Assembly (NCBI GenBank): GCA_937625935.1
Contig: OW569346.1
Coordinates: forward strand, 623,803-687,802
Origin: Tetramitus jugosus
Lineage: Eukaryota; Protista; Heterolobosea
Length of the DNA stretch: 64,000 nucleotides
Direction of reading: 5' to 3'
Shown here: positions 48,001 to 59,956 of the stretch, one piece after another
Numbering within the stretch: the first letter of the stretch is position 1
How the letters are laid out: the number at the start of each line of letters is the position of its first letter
Made by a program: the position numbers and the translations under genes
The notes under the pieces: model-generated
What the model was told of the DNA's origin: nothing
Database searches by the model: none
The model's input: the letters and a program-made list of their open reading frames with translations, nothing else

Positions 48001-48750
48001 CAATTGCATGACCTCATTCGATGGTGTTTGTGTGAAAAACAATTGAGTGCGGTGAATGAGAACAGGTTAATAAGTCGCATGGTAGCAGCCGAAAAAATAC
48101 AACCAAAACCATCGTGGCTTGAGTTAATGATTCAAATGCCTGAACAAACGGATGATGTCGAATCTTTGAGTACGCTTCAATTACTAGTGTGTGAGAAAGG
48201 AAACGACATGTTTGATTGGTTAGTTAGCACATATTGTAATGATCCACTGTTGAATCAAATTAAGGCTATGGATCCACGAACGGGGAACACTCTATTGCAC
48301 CTGTTAAAAAACTCAGCACACACTGGCAAGGAGTTATCTCCAATGTTCTCGGCTGTTATTCGTCTCTTCAGGAGTACAGAATCCCCTAATGTGGACCAGA
48401 TCAAGGGTAAATATAATGACCTGAACATGATCGAGTTAGCGAAGTTCATCAATATCCAGAATAAGTGTGGTCGTACATGTCTACATAACGTAGCTGTTAA
48501 TAATCATTTAGATATACTGCAGCATCTACTTCACTATGGTGCTAACACTGAGATTCGGGAATCAAATGGAAAAACTCCTGTAGATCTTATGGATTATCTC
48601 TCGGCTCGACATATTACCTTTAATTTCTTTGAGAGCTTGGACAAGGAAGAAGAGAAGAGAATATCAAAGAAGAAGAAGCGCTGTAATAAATCTGACGATG
48701 AAAGAACACCTCAGAGGAGAGGCAGAAAAAAACGACGGACTGTTGTTTAA
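45023..48750 (+). CDS. F-box + ankyrin-repeat protein (probable frameshift near 45,070-45,105)
   Basis: F-box VPRDIFHCVMSFI...LRSVCSQW; many ankyrin repeats (GNNIIHLVC, GENPLFY, GRTCLHNVA). The long frame has an upstream stop at 45064 and no ATG before the F-box; ATG 45023 is in another frame. Confidence 0.75.
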
Positions 48751-48751
48751 T

Positions 48752-48960
48752 TGGACTGCCACACGGTATGAATGGCTGTAATCAAACAACAGACAATTCC
48801 TTTGCTTATTTGAAGGGTATTCACACCCTCTTTTTGAGTGAATGTGACCAAATTACAGGTGATGGATTTTCTAATTTGACTGGCATTCATATGCTCAACA
48901 TGAGTTATTGCAAATCACAGATGATGCATTTCTTCATTTGGTTGGCATTCACACACTGGG
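48752..48960 (+). pseudogene. LRR gene fragment paralogous to 37155-37781
   Basis: Same repeat (LKGIHTLFLSECDQITG, LTGIHMLNMSYC); the nucleotide stretch aatttgactggcattcatatgctcaacatgagttattgcaa is shared with ~37364-37404. Confidence 0.65.
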
Positions 48961-49351
48961 TTACCCAACAAGTTCTAACATATGATCGAGAGCTCTTATC
49001 TGTTGAACCAAGTCCGAAAATATTCCATTGTATGGATAGGATTCTTGCCTTCCTAACTGGTATGATGGAATTTATGCATGAACCATGTTACTTTTTTAGG
49101 AAAAGTAAAATACGAGTATTCCAAAGCAACCTGATGATTTTTCATTGCTGAAAAAAATGAGCCGAAAATGTTGAATACAACATCCGATTCACCATTTTCA
49201 CAACATGAAAAATCATATTTATTCGAACCCCATAATGAGAATGCATCTGAAAGTCTTTATTTTTTTCAAAAGAAGAAGGTGTTTATTGTATAACTGGATA
49301 CTCATGACAAAAACGAATCATAAGAAAGTTGAATGTTGAATGCATCGGTCG

Positions 49352-50065
49352 TTAGGCTGTATCTTTTATTTCTTTTCTCATTTCTTGTGCAACCCGTATG
49401 CCCGTCAGAAGGAGTATCAAGAGGGGAATTAACAAAGTGATAATCAAAGACCATACTGAGGGTCTAGCTAGTGGTGAGAAATTTCTAAACTGTTCCTCAA
49501 TCGAAGCAGGACTGGCCATCATCATAGATTCCATTCACTTGGGGGAACCTTCAAATCAGGGGAAATTTGATCGTAGTCCGAGAAAGTAACATCGTTGTTT
49601 AGATTTATGAACTCATTTATAGAAGACAACAAATCTTTGATAGACTTAGTTCTCAAGGGTTCATACTCAGACTCCATGAATCCTCCTTTCCCAAAACAAG
49701 TTAAAAGGTGATCAGCTGACTTCATACCAAGTCGTTCGAAGTGAACAATACTGTCCTTGACATAAGCTTGTGATGGAAGAAAAAGCTCTCCTCGAGTCAA
49801 CACGAGGATGACAGGAGGTGGTTTCTGAAATAATTCGAAATTACAAAAAATTGGTAGCTTTCTGTGTGATACTTCTTGATGCTAGTTGCCTCCATGACAA
49901 AGATTATCAGGGCTACATTGTTACGATCTTCAACTATTTTTTTGTAAATCTCTTGCTTCTTCGCAAGGACTTCCTCTCTCCTTGGTGGAGGGAAGCAGAA
50001 CTCTACAAAATCATAAGAGTCTGATTCGGGTTCCAAGCAATCAATTATTGCTGTTTTACCTTCAC
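49352..50065 (-). pseudogene. Disrupted tail-anchored protein gene fragment (possibly P-loop GTPase C-terminal half)
   Basis: Three consecutive frameshifted ORFs (49797-50081, 49522-49803, 49352-49534) ending in a C-terminal TM helix; the 5' end is cut by the TIR element. Confidence 0.4.
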
Positions 50066-50675
50066 TATAGCAATTTTCCAAAAAGTGTGACGTTTTTTGA
50101 GCGTCAAAAAAACAGAAATCAACGCTCCAAAAAGTTGTAAATCACAGTTAAATCAGGCTTTGCTCCAATTTCCAGTTGAATTTCCTCGCACAACCTCTTT
50201 TCTTCATCTTCGATAGCGTGAGCAACAAGAGGGGAATGTACTCAATTCCTTTCTTCAACAGTTGGACAGCTTCTTCATACAAGGCAAGTCAAATTTAATC
50301 TTCTAATTTGACCTTGTCCACGATGATTTTTGTTTTAGAAGTAAACACAGATCCACATACATATCACTTCTCTTCTGGAACCTGATAGTCACTCTTCCTC
50401 ATCAGATGAAGTGGATTGGTCATCAAAATCGAGCTTCTGGGCAACAGATTCGAAGCTTTCCTCTTTTCGTGCTGCACCTCAAGTCTAATTGCATTCAACT
50501 CAGACATGAACAATAGCATAAGTGCAGGTGATATCAATCCATTCTCCCTCCACTGCAAACGTCTTTGAGCTGATGAACAGTATCTTTCCCATCCTTTTTC
50601 TACAAATAAACGCTCAAAAACGCAAAAAAACACAAACCAGAAAAAAAACGTCACACTTTTTGGAAAATTGCTATA
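50066..50675. mobile_element. 610-bp element with 33-bp perfect terminal inverted repeats (MITE-like)
   Basis: TATAGCAATTTTCCAAAAAGTGTGACGTTTTTT at 50066-50098 and its exact reverse complement at 50643-50675; the outermost TA on each side could be a TA target duplication. Confidence 0.6.
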
Positions 50676-50985
50676 ATATAACCACAAACGATTACGGTTG
50701 GTTTTAAGGAAGTTTGAATCTTGATTACACAATCTTCGGTCATTGGTATCTCGTTCAATTTGTTGTTTTTTGTGCTGATATTTGGTTTTTGAGATGTTCA
50801 ATTACTAACGGAGGGCTGATTACAATAAGATTCACTGATTCGAAAAATTGAAAAAAGGAAGGAGTATATTTACAAGAGAATTTGATCGGCCATAGTTTTC
50901 GTGTCCTCCTTCATTCCTCACTAGAAAAGACTACAACAAAAAAACATAACAATCGTTCATAGAAAGAAAGCACAAGCATTATACC

Positions 50986-51879
50986 ATGGTTATTCCATTA
51001 TTAGCATTAGGAGGCGCTATGTACTATGGGTACAAAAAATACGTGAGTACAATTTGTTCTTTTTGCAACATTATTTAGTGAATCTTACACATTGGTATTT
51101 AGCAATCATGGGTTGCTCCAAAGAGAATAATTGTTTTTGGGTTGAGAGCTTCTGGTAAGGTTTGTAAGACTTTTTGCCCATTTTCATTCTCATGAATCAT
51201 GTGCTCACTTTCTCACTACAATTACATATTTAAGACCTCATTGATCAACGCTCTGACTGGGAGTGATGAAGCAGTGGGAAACGATCAGACTAAGAGCGTC
51301 ACTTATCGCAGAAAGAATCAAGACTATCAACTCTGGGATACACCTGGTCTCAATGATTTTGCCGCACTAGATTTACCTTCAGCAGTTATTTTGAATTCAC
51401 TTACAGATTTGATGAAGAATACATCTGAGGGTGTCAATTTGTTGATTTTTGTGGTAAAAGTTTCAGAACTGAAAAAGCCTGAAATCAGAAATCAATATGA
51501 CTTGATTGTTAGCCAACTGACTCAGAATAGAATACCAGTGATATTAGTGGTGACCCACTGTGAGCAAAACATTCAAAGTGAAGGAACCTTCGAAGAAAAG
51601 TGCCAGTCAATGTTCGATAGTTGCAACTCCATCAAATTGGAAGGAATGAAATTTTGTTCTCGAGTTGGTACTTGCTTTGCTTTTTCTGACAGAGGAAAGA
51701 ATGGGGAGCTTGGAAATCAATCGGCAAACAAGGTTTGGGCTTTGATTGAGGAGAGGGCAAATGATTCTTATATTCCTTACTTCTCTCGTTCTTCGGGCAC
51801 TGAGTTAATGACTCTCTTTGAACGTCTTGGATTTAATTCTGAACAAGCCAAAAGGAGCGCAGAGCAACTCGTGTCCTAG
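50986..51879 (+). CDS. AIG1/GIMAP-like P-loop GTPase with N-terminal hydrophobic segment
   Basis: Exons 50986-51042, 51103-51159, 51235-51879 restore G1 GLRASGK/T; G3 DTPG; G4 VTHCE. Confidence 0.8.
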
Positions 51880-52388
51880 AATAAAAAATTCTAACAAGTA
51901 AACCCATAGCTACGAATATAATAACAACCATCATCATCAAAATAATAGAAAAAGAAGCAGCCATTCTGTGGTAATGCAACTCTTTTCGAAGCAAACTTTC
52001 ACCAATTACCACAAAGACTTCTCAGGTATTGCAATATGAAGTGAGTGAGTGGAACACTTTCTTGGACAAATACAAGGATCATACAAACAAGACGAGAACT
52101 TTTTGGAAGTCCATGATTTTTATCCATTTTAGTGAGGTAGGGTATCTAGAAAGTAGGTAAGAGGGGAGTTAAGGTATCTAGAAGCCTCTTTTTGAAGCCT
52201 CTTTTTTCACCTTTTAGATATGATTCAAAAGGTCCAGAGCTCTGCGGGGTGGAACCCAGATGAGACGGAAGATTTTTAACTGATATGTTAGCAGAAGTGA
52301 GATAGATGCGCTCTGTCATTTCCTAGTTGACCCCGTATGCCACTCTGGGCCAGCTCATGAGTCATCAACTGGGTAAAATTATGAGGAT

Positions 52389-52630
52389 AACAACAGATTT
52401 GTCTACTACCTGGTAATCAAGACAAAGCAGTACCTGAAGCATAACTTTCAAACATTGGAGTCAAGTATCACAATGATCAGGAATCACATGATTACTGACG
52501 ATGTTCATCGATTGAGCAAACCAGTGATCTGATCGGATGTGGATTGGATCAATTACAGTGAAATCTAGTCAACAACATTATTAATCAAGTGTTCCATGGA
52601 TTGGATATCAAGATTTGTGAGTGCATAAAT
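52389..52630 (+). pseudogene. TARG1/OARD1-type macrodomain remnant
   Basis: NNRFVYYLVIKTKQYLKHNFQTLESSITMIRNHMITDDVHRLSKPVI-[TGATC duplication 52525-52534]-GCGLDQLQ*NLVNNIINQVFHGLDIKI matches the TARG1 C-terminal half (YIYYLITK...LSMPRIGCGLDRLQW...VF...DIKI). Confidence 0.8.
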
Positions 52631-52897
52631 TACCTTCTTCTACTGCTAGCACATCTACAAGAGGTCGTTCCAGAGGTGAAAACAAACAAAGAGGAAACAG
52701 AGGTGCAATAAAAGAGGTTGTTGATCGGCTATCATGGCATCGCTTCGAAATGCCAACGACCGTAACTTGTATGAATCGTATCAAGTTGATAGATATCAAA
52801 GTTATGATCATAGGTATGCGATTACTGTGACACATGAACTGTATTGATTCTTTTATCAGCACAAGAGAACTTATGTCCAGTGATGAGAAGACTGTAT

Positions 52898-53762
52898 TTA
52901 TTGCTCAGTCATGCTTTTCAATTCGGGTCTCTTATTGTTCGGGTTGATCCAAACTTCATTGAAACCTTGATGACCAAAATTTTGCAAGTAAATAAAGCCT
53001 TTCTCTCGTAACAATTTACGACATTGCTCATCCTTTTCTTTCGATTCTTCTCTTCCATTCAATTCAATCAAAATGGCATAGACAGGAACAGAGTCAAATG
53101 GATATGTGGCCAAAACTTCATACTCTGCACCCTCTACATCGACTGAGAAAAAGTCCACTCTCTTCAAGTTGGCTGCTTTCACATACTTTCGAATGGGGCT
53201 GCACTCAAGTGTCCAAATCTTTCCTTCTTTCCAAACTTTCTGATGGTAAGAATCCAATGTATCCTTCCTAGCTGCCATCGCTCCATGACCAATCATCTCA
53301 ATCGTTCTCTCTTGCATACACACTGCTCCTCGAACGGTAACAGCCTTTGGTCTATTGCGTTGAAGCGTTGCAAAAGTGTCTGGCTGTGGTTCAATCAACA
53401 AACCGTTCCAACCCAAAGAATCCTCATAGAATTTAGAGTTGGAGTATTTTAAACCATCAAAGGCTCCAATCTCAATAAATGTGCCATGATGCAATGGAGT
53501 TTCATCCTCCTTCATAAAATACTTTAGCATCAATTGATCTTCCTTGGCTTGTCCATAAAAAATGTACTTGTCTGGTTGTTTTTGTTGATCAACTGTGACC
53601 ACTCTCTGCTTTGTGCCTTCCGTCGATAAAAACGTTTCACGAACTGGATATTTCTCTCTGTTGGGAATCACCATTGTTGTGATGATGATCTGGTAGCTGA
53701 CCAGAAGGGATAACGACAAAGATGAACAATATTTTCAAACGGAAAATCACTTTGGTCCACAT
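52898..53762 (-). CDS. FkbM-family (Methyltransf_21, Star-like) methyltransferase, type II membrane anchor, 1-nt frameshift near 53708
   Basis: GTFIEIGAFDGLKYSNS, WNGLLIEP, VDFFSVDVEGAEYEVL; removing one base at ~53707-53709 joins MWTKVIFRLKILFIFVVI to LLVSYQII. Confidence 0.85.
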
Positions 53763-53864
53763 TCCTTTGAAAGGAAGTCGCGAATCTTTCAATTGTCAAA
53801 GAAGTCATGATTAGGAATGAAACGGTAACAATTTTACAGATACTTTAACTTATGCAAGACATAG

Positions 53865-54300
53865 TCGCAATGATTATATGAATCAAAGCATTGTTTGCCC
53901 ATTGGTTTGCGATTTGTGTTTTCTTCCTTTTGATCTTTCACTGGTACTTTGTTTTGTGTCTGAGTCCAATAACACATAGGACAATTCTTCAATAGGTACA
54001 TTCAAGAGATAGAGGTATGTTTCTCACATACATCTTCCAATGGAAAAAATTCTTTTGCCAGTTGTTTTACAAAGTCTACCTGACGAACACTTGACCATTT
54101 TGCTTGTTATAGACAACTCTGGCATTATGAGCGAGCAAACTCATTAAGAAAATGAGGATCGCAATGTTGTATGCCATGATCCGATGTCTGTAATAACAAG
54201 TGAGAATTGATCTATTCGCCTCATGAACAAATCCTGAAGTTTTATTGTAAAACCAAAATGCTTCAGGTAATCTTGTTCAAATAGTTTTCAAACTTGAGGG
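53865..54300 (-). mobile_element. Degenerate piggyBac-like transposase, C-terminal part
   Basis: Manual translation PEAFWFYNKTSGFVHEANRSIL...YRHR...IFLMSLLAHNARVVYN...DFVKQLAKEF...CPMC...CFDSYNH fits piggyBac PxxxxxYNxxMGGVDxxD...NAxxxY...F...LA plus a Cys-rich C-terminus; contains frameshifts. Confidence 0.65.
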
Positions 54301-54842
54301 TTGGTATCAAACAATTTCGTTTTTTTCATTCTAGGTATCATCTGAACTGTGGTGTTTGTTTTCACGCCTCAGCACTGGTTTATTAACATCGGAAACCATC
54401 CTTCTATATAGGTGTAACTAAAAAGGAAGGAATCTTAATAGGCAATGGGCTCAAATTTCAAACCTATAGGGGTGAGGCTCCCTGGGAATGAACATAAAGT
54501 GAGGGTTGAATCTGATATGGTGCAATGCTTTCGTCCATACAAATTAGTTGGGTTGGTTTCTTGCAACTTAAAAATTGTTGGTAGAGGACAGTTGGATCCA
54601 TTGCTCGATGGGAGCGTCCAGATATTATTTCTTACGGCCCCCCTAGGGAGGGTCTGAGAAATTTATTCAAATATTTATTCATAGGGGGTCTCTTGATCCC
54701 AATCCTAGTAGGAGAATTATTCGCTCGAATTTACAGGAAAATATGTTATTCAAATTTATTCAAAACAGGCAGAGAGGTTCAAAAATGAATATAATATCTG
54801 GACGCTCCCGATGTTCAAATTTAAACAACGAAACATTGGTGT

Positions 54843-54862
54843 GGGTTGGGTTTGGGTTTGGG
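54843..54862 (+). repeat. Interstitial telomeric 20-mer GGGTTGGGTTTGGGTTTGGG (copy 1)
   Basis: Direct read; same strand and unit as the terminal telomere. Confidence 0.9.
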
Positions 54863-55932
54863 ACTATGGGCGTGACAAGACTGTTTTCGATGCACTGGAA
54901 GCCAGACAGAACACATTGAAGATTTTCGAATCTGCGAAAGATGCTATCTGTGTCGATGGCGATCCGGAATATGTATCCAAGTGTTTGCGTGAGCGCATGG
55001 ACATTGAAGTAGACAGTCTCAAGGCTATACGAGCCGAAAGTACAATCGATCCAGGACGCATGGCTCTTGCCGTTAAGAATGATGGAAACATGCCACAGGA
55101 TATGTTGGCACACAAGATCACCGAGAATAGCGATACGGTGTACAATCCACATTTGATTCCCAAGAATAAGGAAGATTATGGTGCAGTGTTCGATGAAGAT
55201 GTCGATGACCAAGATGTTGTCTTTGAACGTGACGACGAAGAGGAGTTGAGCGAGGCCCACCTTGATCCATTCAGTTATGCAACCAACATTGACACCGTGG
55301 CAAACTCACAGCTTGTCATGGTATCTATTTTCTCCATGTGCCAACAACGGCTTGCTAAGGACAGACGCAAAGGCAATGAGACACAGTATCTGCTGAATAT
55401 GCCAGCATACGGTGCTGCACAAATAGCTGGAGAACTATGCGAACCAGATCCAACTGATCATACACACCGCCTCTGTGCATGTGCGGGAGACTATATACCA
55501 GGCGATAGTTCGCCTGAGAATATGCGCAGAAACCGATGTATTGCGTTCAGAGACACCAAATCACGCATTACACTTAAAGAATTCACTCTGGACTGGCTCA
55601 AGAAGGGAGAACCTCTTCCAAAAGAACGATTTCCGTGCATTTTGTGTGTGCGGATGGGTGTATCAGCGTACATCTGGGCACTCAAAGCAAACAACGAAAT
55701 GCGGTCAGAGTTTGTTGCACAGCCACATGCTAATACCACTGGACGTGGTGGGTACAGACCTGAAGTGTTCATCCCACAGACGCGTACCTTTCATGGTCTC
55801 GTTTCTCACTTTGTGCGCTACAGGGCTGATGACTACATTGAATCTGACTGTGTTCGGTATGCAAAGGGTAATCCGACATATCCTATTCGTGCCATTTTTG
55901 AGCGGGAGCAGCCGTCATCCACACGCCATTAG
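54863..55932 (+). pseudogene. 5'-truncated orphan Cys-rich protein, candidate large-DNA-virus gene
   Basis: Intronless ORF beginning at the telomeric 20-mer; RLCACAG...RCIAF...LKEF...PCILCVR...Q...N...GGY...HGLV motifs; no recognisable host domain. Confidence 0.5.
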
Positions 55933-55945
55933 CCAACTCGTGCCA

Positions 55946-58900
55946 ATGTGCTCGCGTGTGTGCTATTCAGTGCACCGTACGCCAAGAGACCACTGGGATA
56001 TGCTGCTCCTTAAACTAAACACGACCCAGGTCCTAAGCAAAGTGTTTCGAGACTGTGCTGACGATTCATTCAGGAGACTGCTGATGCACTGTCTGTCAAA
56101 GAATGCACTCCTACTTCCCATGACAACAAAACCTGGTTTTGTGTGTGATAAGCATGCTCAATTCGATAGCAGAGACGGATTGGTGGATGAATACATGCGT
56201 GAGTATGTTGTTCGTGTCAAGGCCAACACCGATATGAGCGAATTGAGCCGAGACTCTGGTGCACGGAATAGTGCCCTCGATGAGATGATTCTCATCGATG
56301 GGATCAGTCATGACACGGTTCGCGAACAGTTCAAGGTGCAAGACATTAGCTTTTTCCACACACCGAAGTATCGCTACTGTTACTGGAATCCATTGGCCAA
56401 ATACCGGGTCTTCAGAGAACGCCGACTATTCGACCTCCCGTTGTATTTCATTCTATGTGCTCGCATTAATCTATGCATGCATATGGTACGCCTACTATAT
56501 GACACCATCGAAGTGGGAAAACGCAATCCCTGTGCCAAAAGCGAACTTTCGTCTTCGCAATACGCCACAACTCTGTCATCAGGCAAAGACACCCAACAGA
56601 ACCGTGCTTTTGTCGAGAATAATGACAGACTCGACCATATACTCCACAACGAACACCACTACCAACGTACAGGTGGTCAGACACGTCTGACGAGCTTCAA
56701 CAAGTTCACATTACTTCTGCTACTGGAGAAGCTGGAGGAGATGCTCTACATTCATGTGCGTATCATGTGCCTAATCGAAGAGCTGTGCAAGCGTGAAGAT
56801 TCTGAATGTCTCATGTCGCTGTTCGCTAATCCGTTAATTATGAATTGTTTTGTGGGTGACATGCGTGATCGTGTATCCGTCCAGGATCTGACGAGCAGTG
56901 AGGAAGTGTTTGATGAACACGAAGCCTATGAGAAGAACACTGTCCAAATTCTGCAGCACTCGAAGAAGTTGTGTCTTATCCAACGCTGCTTCAGTGTTGT
57001 GGACAGTATGGCGGGAGTAGACAATGCTCAGTCCATCATGCACAAGACAGAAGACATCGTATTGGTGAACCTACGTCAAAGATGTCAGCATTTTGATTCG
57101 GTGCTTAGTTCAGGTGGTGTTATCTCACATCCACTAATTGCAGTGGACGCCGACAAAGGTGAAGTAGACAGAATCAGTTTAACCATCTCTCCCAAGAACA
57201 AGAAACAGAGGACAGCAGGGAAGGTTAACTCAAGATGCCTCGGACTCGTGACAACAGATGTTAGCATCATGGCACAATGTCGCAGTGAAGCGTATGGTAA
57301 AGATGCTGTGCAACTGGGCGAGTATTGCAAAACGAAGCTCGAAAGAATCAGAGCAAAAGACAGACAGCTTTTTGGACGGTTAAGTTCAGTTAGCACGATA
57401 GGTATGTCGTTCACTGAATGTACAGACATGCTTCGCGGTCTTGCATTGGACACAAGTTCTGTCGAAACCCTACACAGTCTGTTAGTCTATTTCAGACCGG
57501 ACTGTGCAGGTAGTCAATCGTTAAGACATCCCATATCGTTCCGATGTGAAACACGTCACACACTGATCAAGCAAGTACGAGCGAGTACCGAAGGACGCAC
57601 TCACTTCACGAGGTATACTGGATGTGGCCAAATGCACAATCTACTTTGCGTGTCTGTTGCGCATGAACCTTTGCATGGGTCTCGTTTTCTGGTGTTCTTT
57701 GTGGGAATTAGCAATCTCGACACTGCGATTGCATTCCAACAAGGTACGATCCTGTGTCTCTGGACAACTACCAGATCTTGATGGTTTGGAGTTTGATGCC
57801 TGTGGTCCATATGATAGAGACTTTAGCGAACGTGATGTTCATCACACTGAAGAACCACTCACACTGATTCGTGCTCTCAAATTCCAGGCATATCTTGCCT
57901 TCATGGATCATGTACCCCTTATGACCTACATTCTGGACACACACCACTTTACCGATAAACTCATCATGGAGTACCTGGATGGAAAGCACTACAGCATTAT
58001 CAAACCCACTCCAAATCGCTTCAACAACTGCCACAAGCTACCGTCTATGGAAAATGTATTGTACAGTTTGGATTACTCACGCGAGTCGTCTGATGACAAC
58101 CAGGACGACATTACCTACGCCATCAGCAAGGTACTGCCCAACATTTGCAGCTCGCGTTTCATGGAACGTATGATCATGGCCCGTTACGATCGTAATCCGG
58201 AGTTCCAACGTCTCCTCAATCAGGTACTCGAGTGCTCATTGCTCGGGCTTTATCCACACTGCAATCATCACTCCTTGCTCCAGAATCCATGCTATATCAT
58301 TTCCATGTACAATCAAATGTATAGTGCCAGTCATAAGCAGAGCCAAGTCAGTACACTCACACCAGGTCCCAAATTTAGGCATCAACTGATGCATCAAGTG
58401 GGAAAGAACGAAAAGGTGCTGATTGCTGTCATTCGAGAGTTCTTTGTTCATGCCGTGTCCGAGTCGAGTGTCGCAGAGTGGGCCATGCGAAATGTGGTAT
58501 GGAAGGAACCGCCGTTTGCTCCATGGGACGACTACAGAATACACACGCTTCATAATACTCTCTGGCGTCTCGCCTCCAGTATATGGAAAATGGAGTACAA
58601 TGGGGAAAAGATGGAGCATTGTGTATCGACTATCAGTACAACACATGCCGTGTCCCCACAACGGTCAGTTCCTGAGTCTATGCATCACAGAGCGAAAAAT
58701 GCATCGAAATGTTGTTGTGTGCCACAGAACCCGATTTTATGCGCAAAGTGGTGCTAGCCGGTCATCCAGATGCATGCCTCATTTCAGACAATGAACTGTT
58801 CAGGATCAAAAAGAGACGACAACGGAGGAAGAAGCACAAGACAGTGGCATGGAAGTCTGATCATCATAAGCATCGCACCTACGAGTACGGCTTCTGTGAA

Positions 58901-59870
58901 ATGCTTCGTAAGACTCTTACTCAGTCTTACGTCAGGCGTTGTATTGGTGCTGGTGGACCATCAAAAAGTGGATGTCCTGATGTGTTGTTAGCCCCGCAAT
59001 GGAGGACGAAGAGTGCGAAGACGAACCAGAATCCGAGACGTCCGACAAGAAAGAGATGGTTCTGGACTGTACATCCTTAATCAAATTCGACTTTAGCACC
59101 GGTGTACTTGATCAACCACTGATTGCATCCAACCCCGTTGTTGAGGATCTGAGCAAGTCCAAACGCAAAGAGCTAACAAATCGTGCAATGAACAACTACC
59201 GTGATAGCCAACGTAGCCCATGCAGCACTGAGCCGTACAATGTAATTGTGCCATTTCGTGCGTTTGGTCATCTGGTGCTTGACATGCTCAAGACCGGAGA
59301 GACCGATATGTACATGTACTGCTCGCGTTGTGCTAACTTTTGCGTCTATCATGCACTGCTTGTGCATGACGGGCACTTTGTCTGCCAACGATGTTCAGTC
59401 AAGGACCTGCTTCTATGTGTATCAACGACCACTAACACACCACATAATGAAATGCTGCCTATCAGCCCTGAGAGTGCACTATGCATTCATGAAGGTGGGA
59501 TACTGATGACAGAAAAGCCAACAAACATACTTCAGAACCGGCGCTATGCTGTTGTTAGCCAGATCAATGATCCTGACATTTACAGCCATGTGGACGGAGG
59601 GAGAAAGCCACCCAGCACAGTCAACAATGGTACATTGTCTGTTGTCTCTCGGAAAAAGGGCGGACGTGGTAAACCACCACCAGACACCAAAACACCAACC
59701 ACACAACGTGCTGTTTCGCGTGATAGTGAGTACGAAGCCCTGAAACAGACAGCACGTAACCCTGGCAAATTACGGTGTCACTTTGGTTCCTCTTTCTACA
59801 CAGTGGACACAATGGGTAAATTGCGGTCATGTGTTATGTCGAACTTGGCTGTAGCAGCCAACGAATATCT
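55946..59870 (+). pseudogene. Large frameshifted orphan gene, candidate large-DNA-virus gene
   Basis: ATG 55946 lies 14 nt after the previous stop; frames 55475-57781, 57624-58757, 58709-59080 and 58999-60030 overlap in series; motifs KVLPNICSSR, CSLLGLYPH, VIREFF and C-terminal YCSRC...VCQRC zinc finger. Confidence 0.5.
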
Positions 59871-59956
59871 TTCAAACCCACACTTTACCGAAAACCGACT
59901 GTATAATGGTGACCATGTTTGTTTGAGTGTTGTTTTGACAGTTTGTTTGTTTTTCC

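Noticed and set aside
54811-54862. ATG start of the 373-aa ORF
   Set aside because: The N-terminal residues read through flanking DNA and the telomeric 20-mer (GWVWVW), so this is a chance fusion rather than the native start.
55475-55945. N-terminal extension of the 768-aa ORF
   Set aside because: It overlaps the upstream ORF out of frame; the likely start is ATG 55946.
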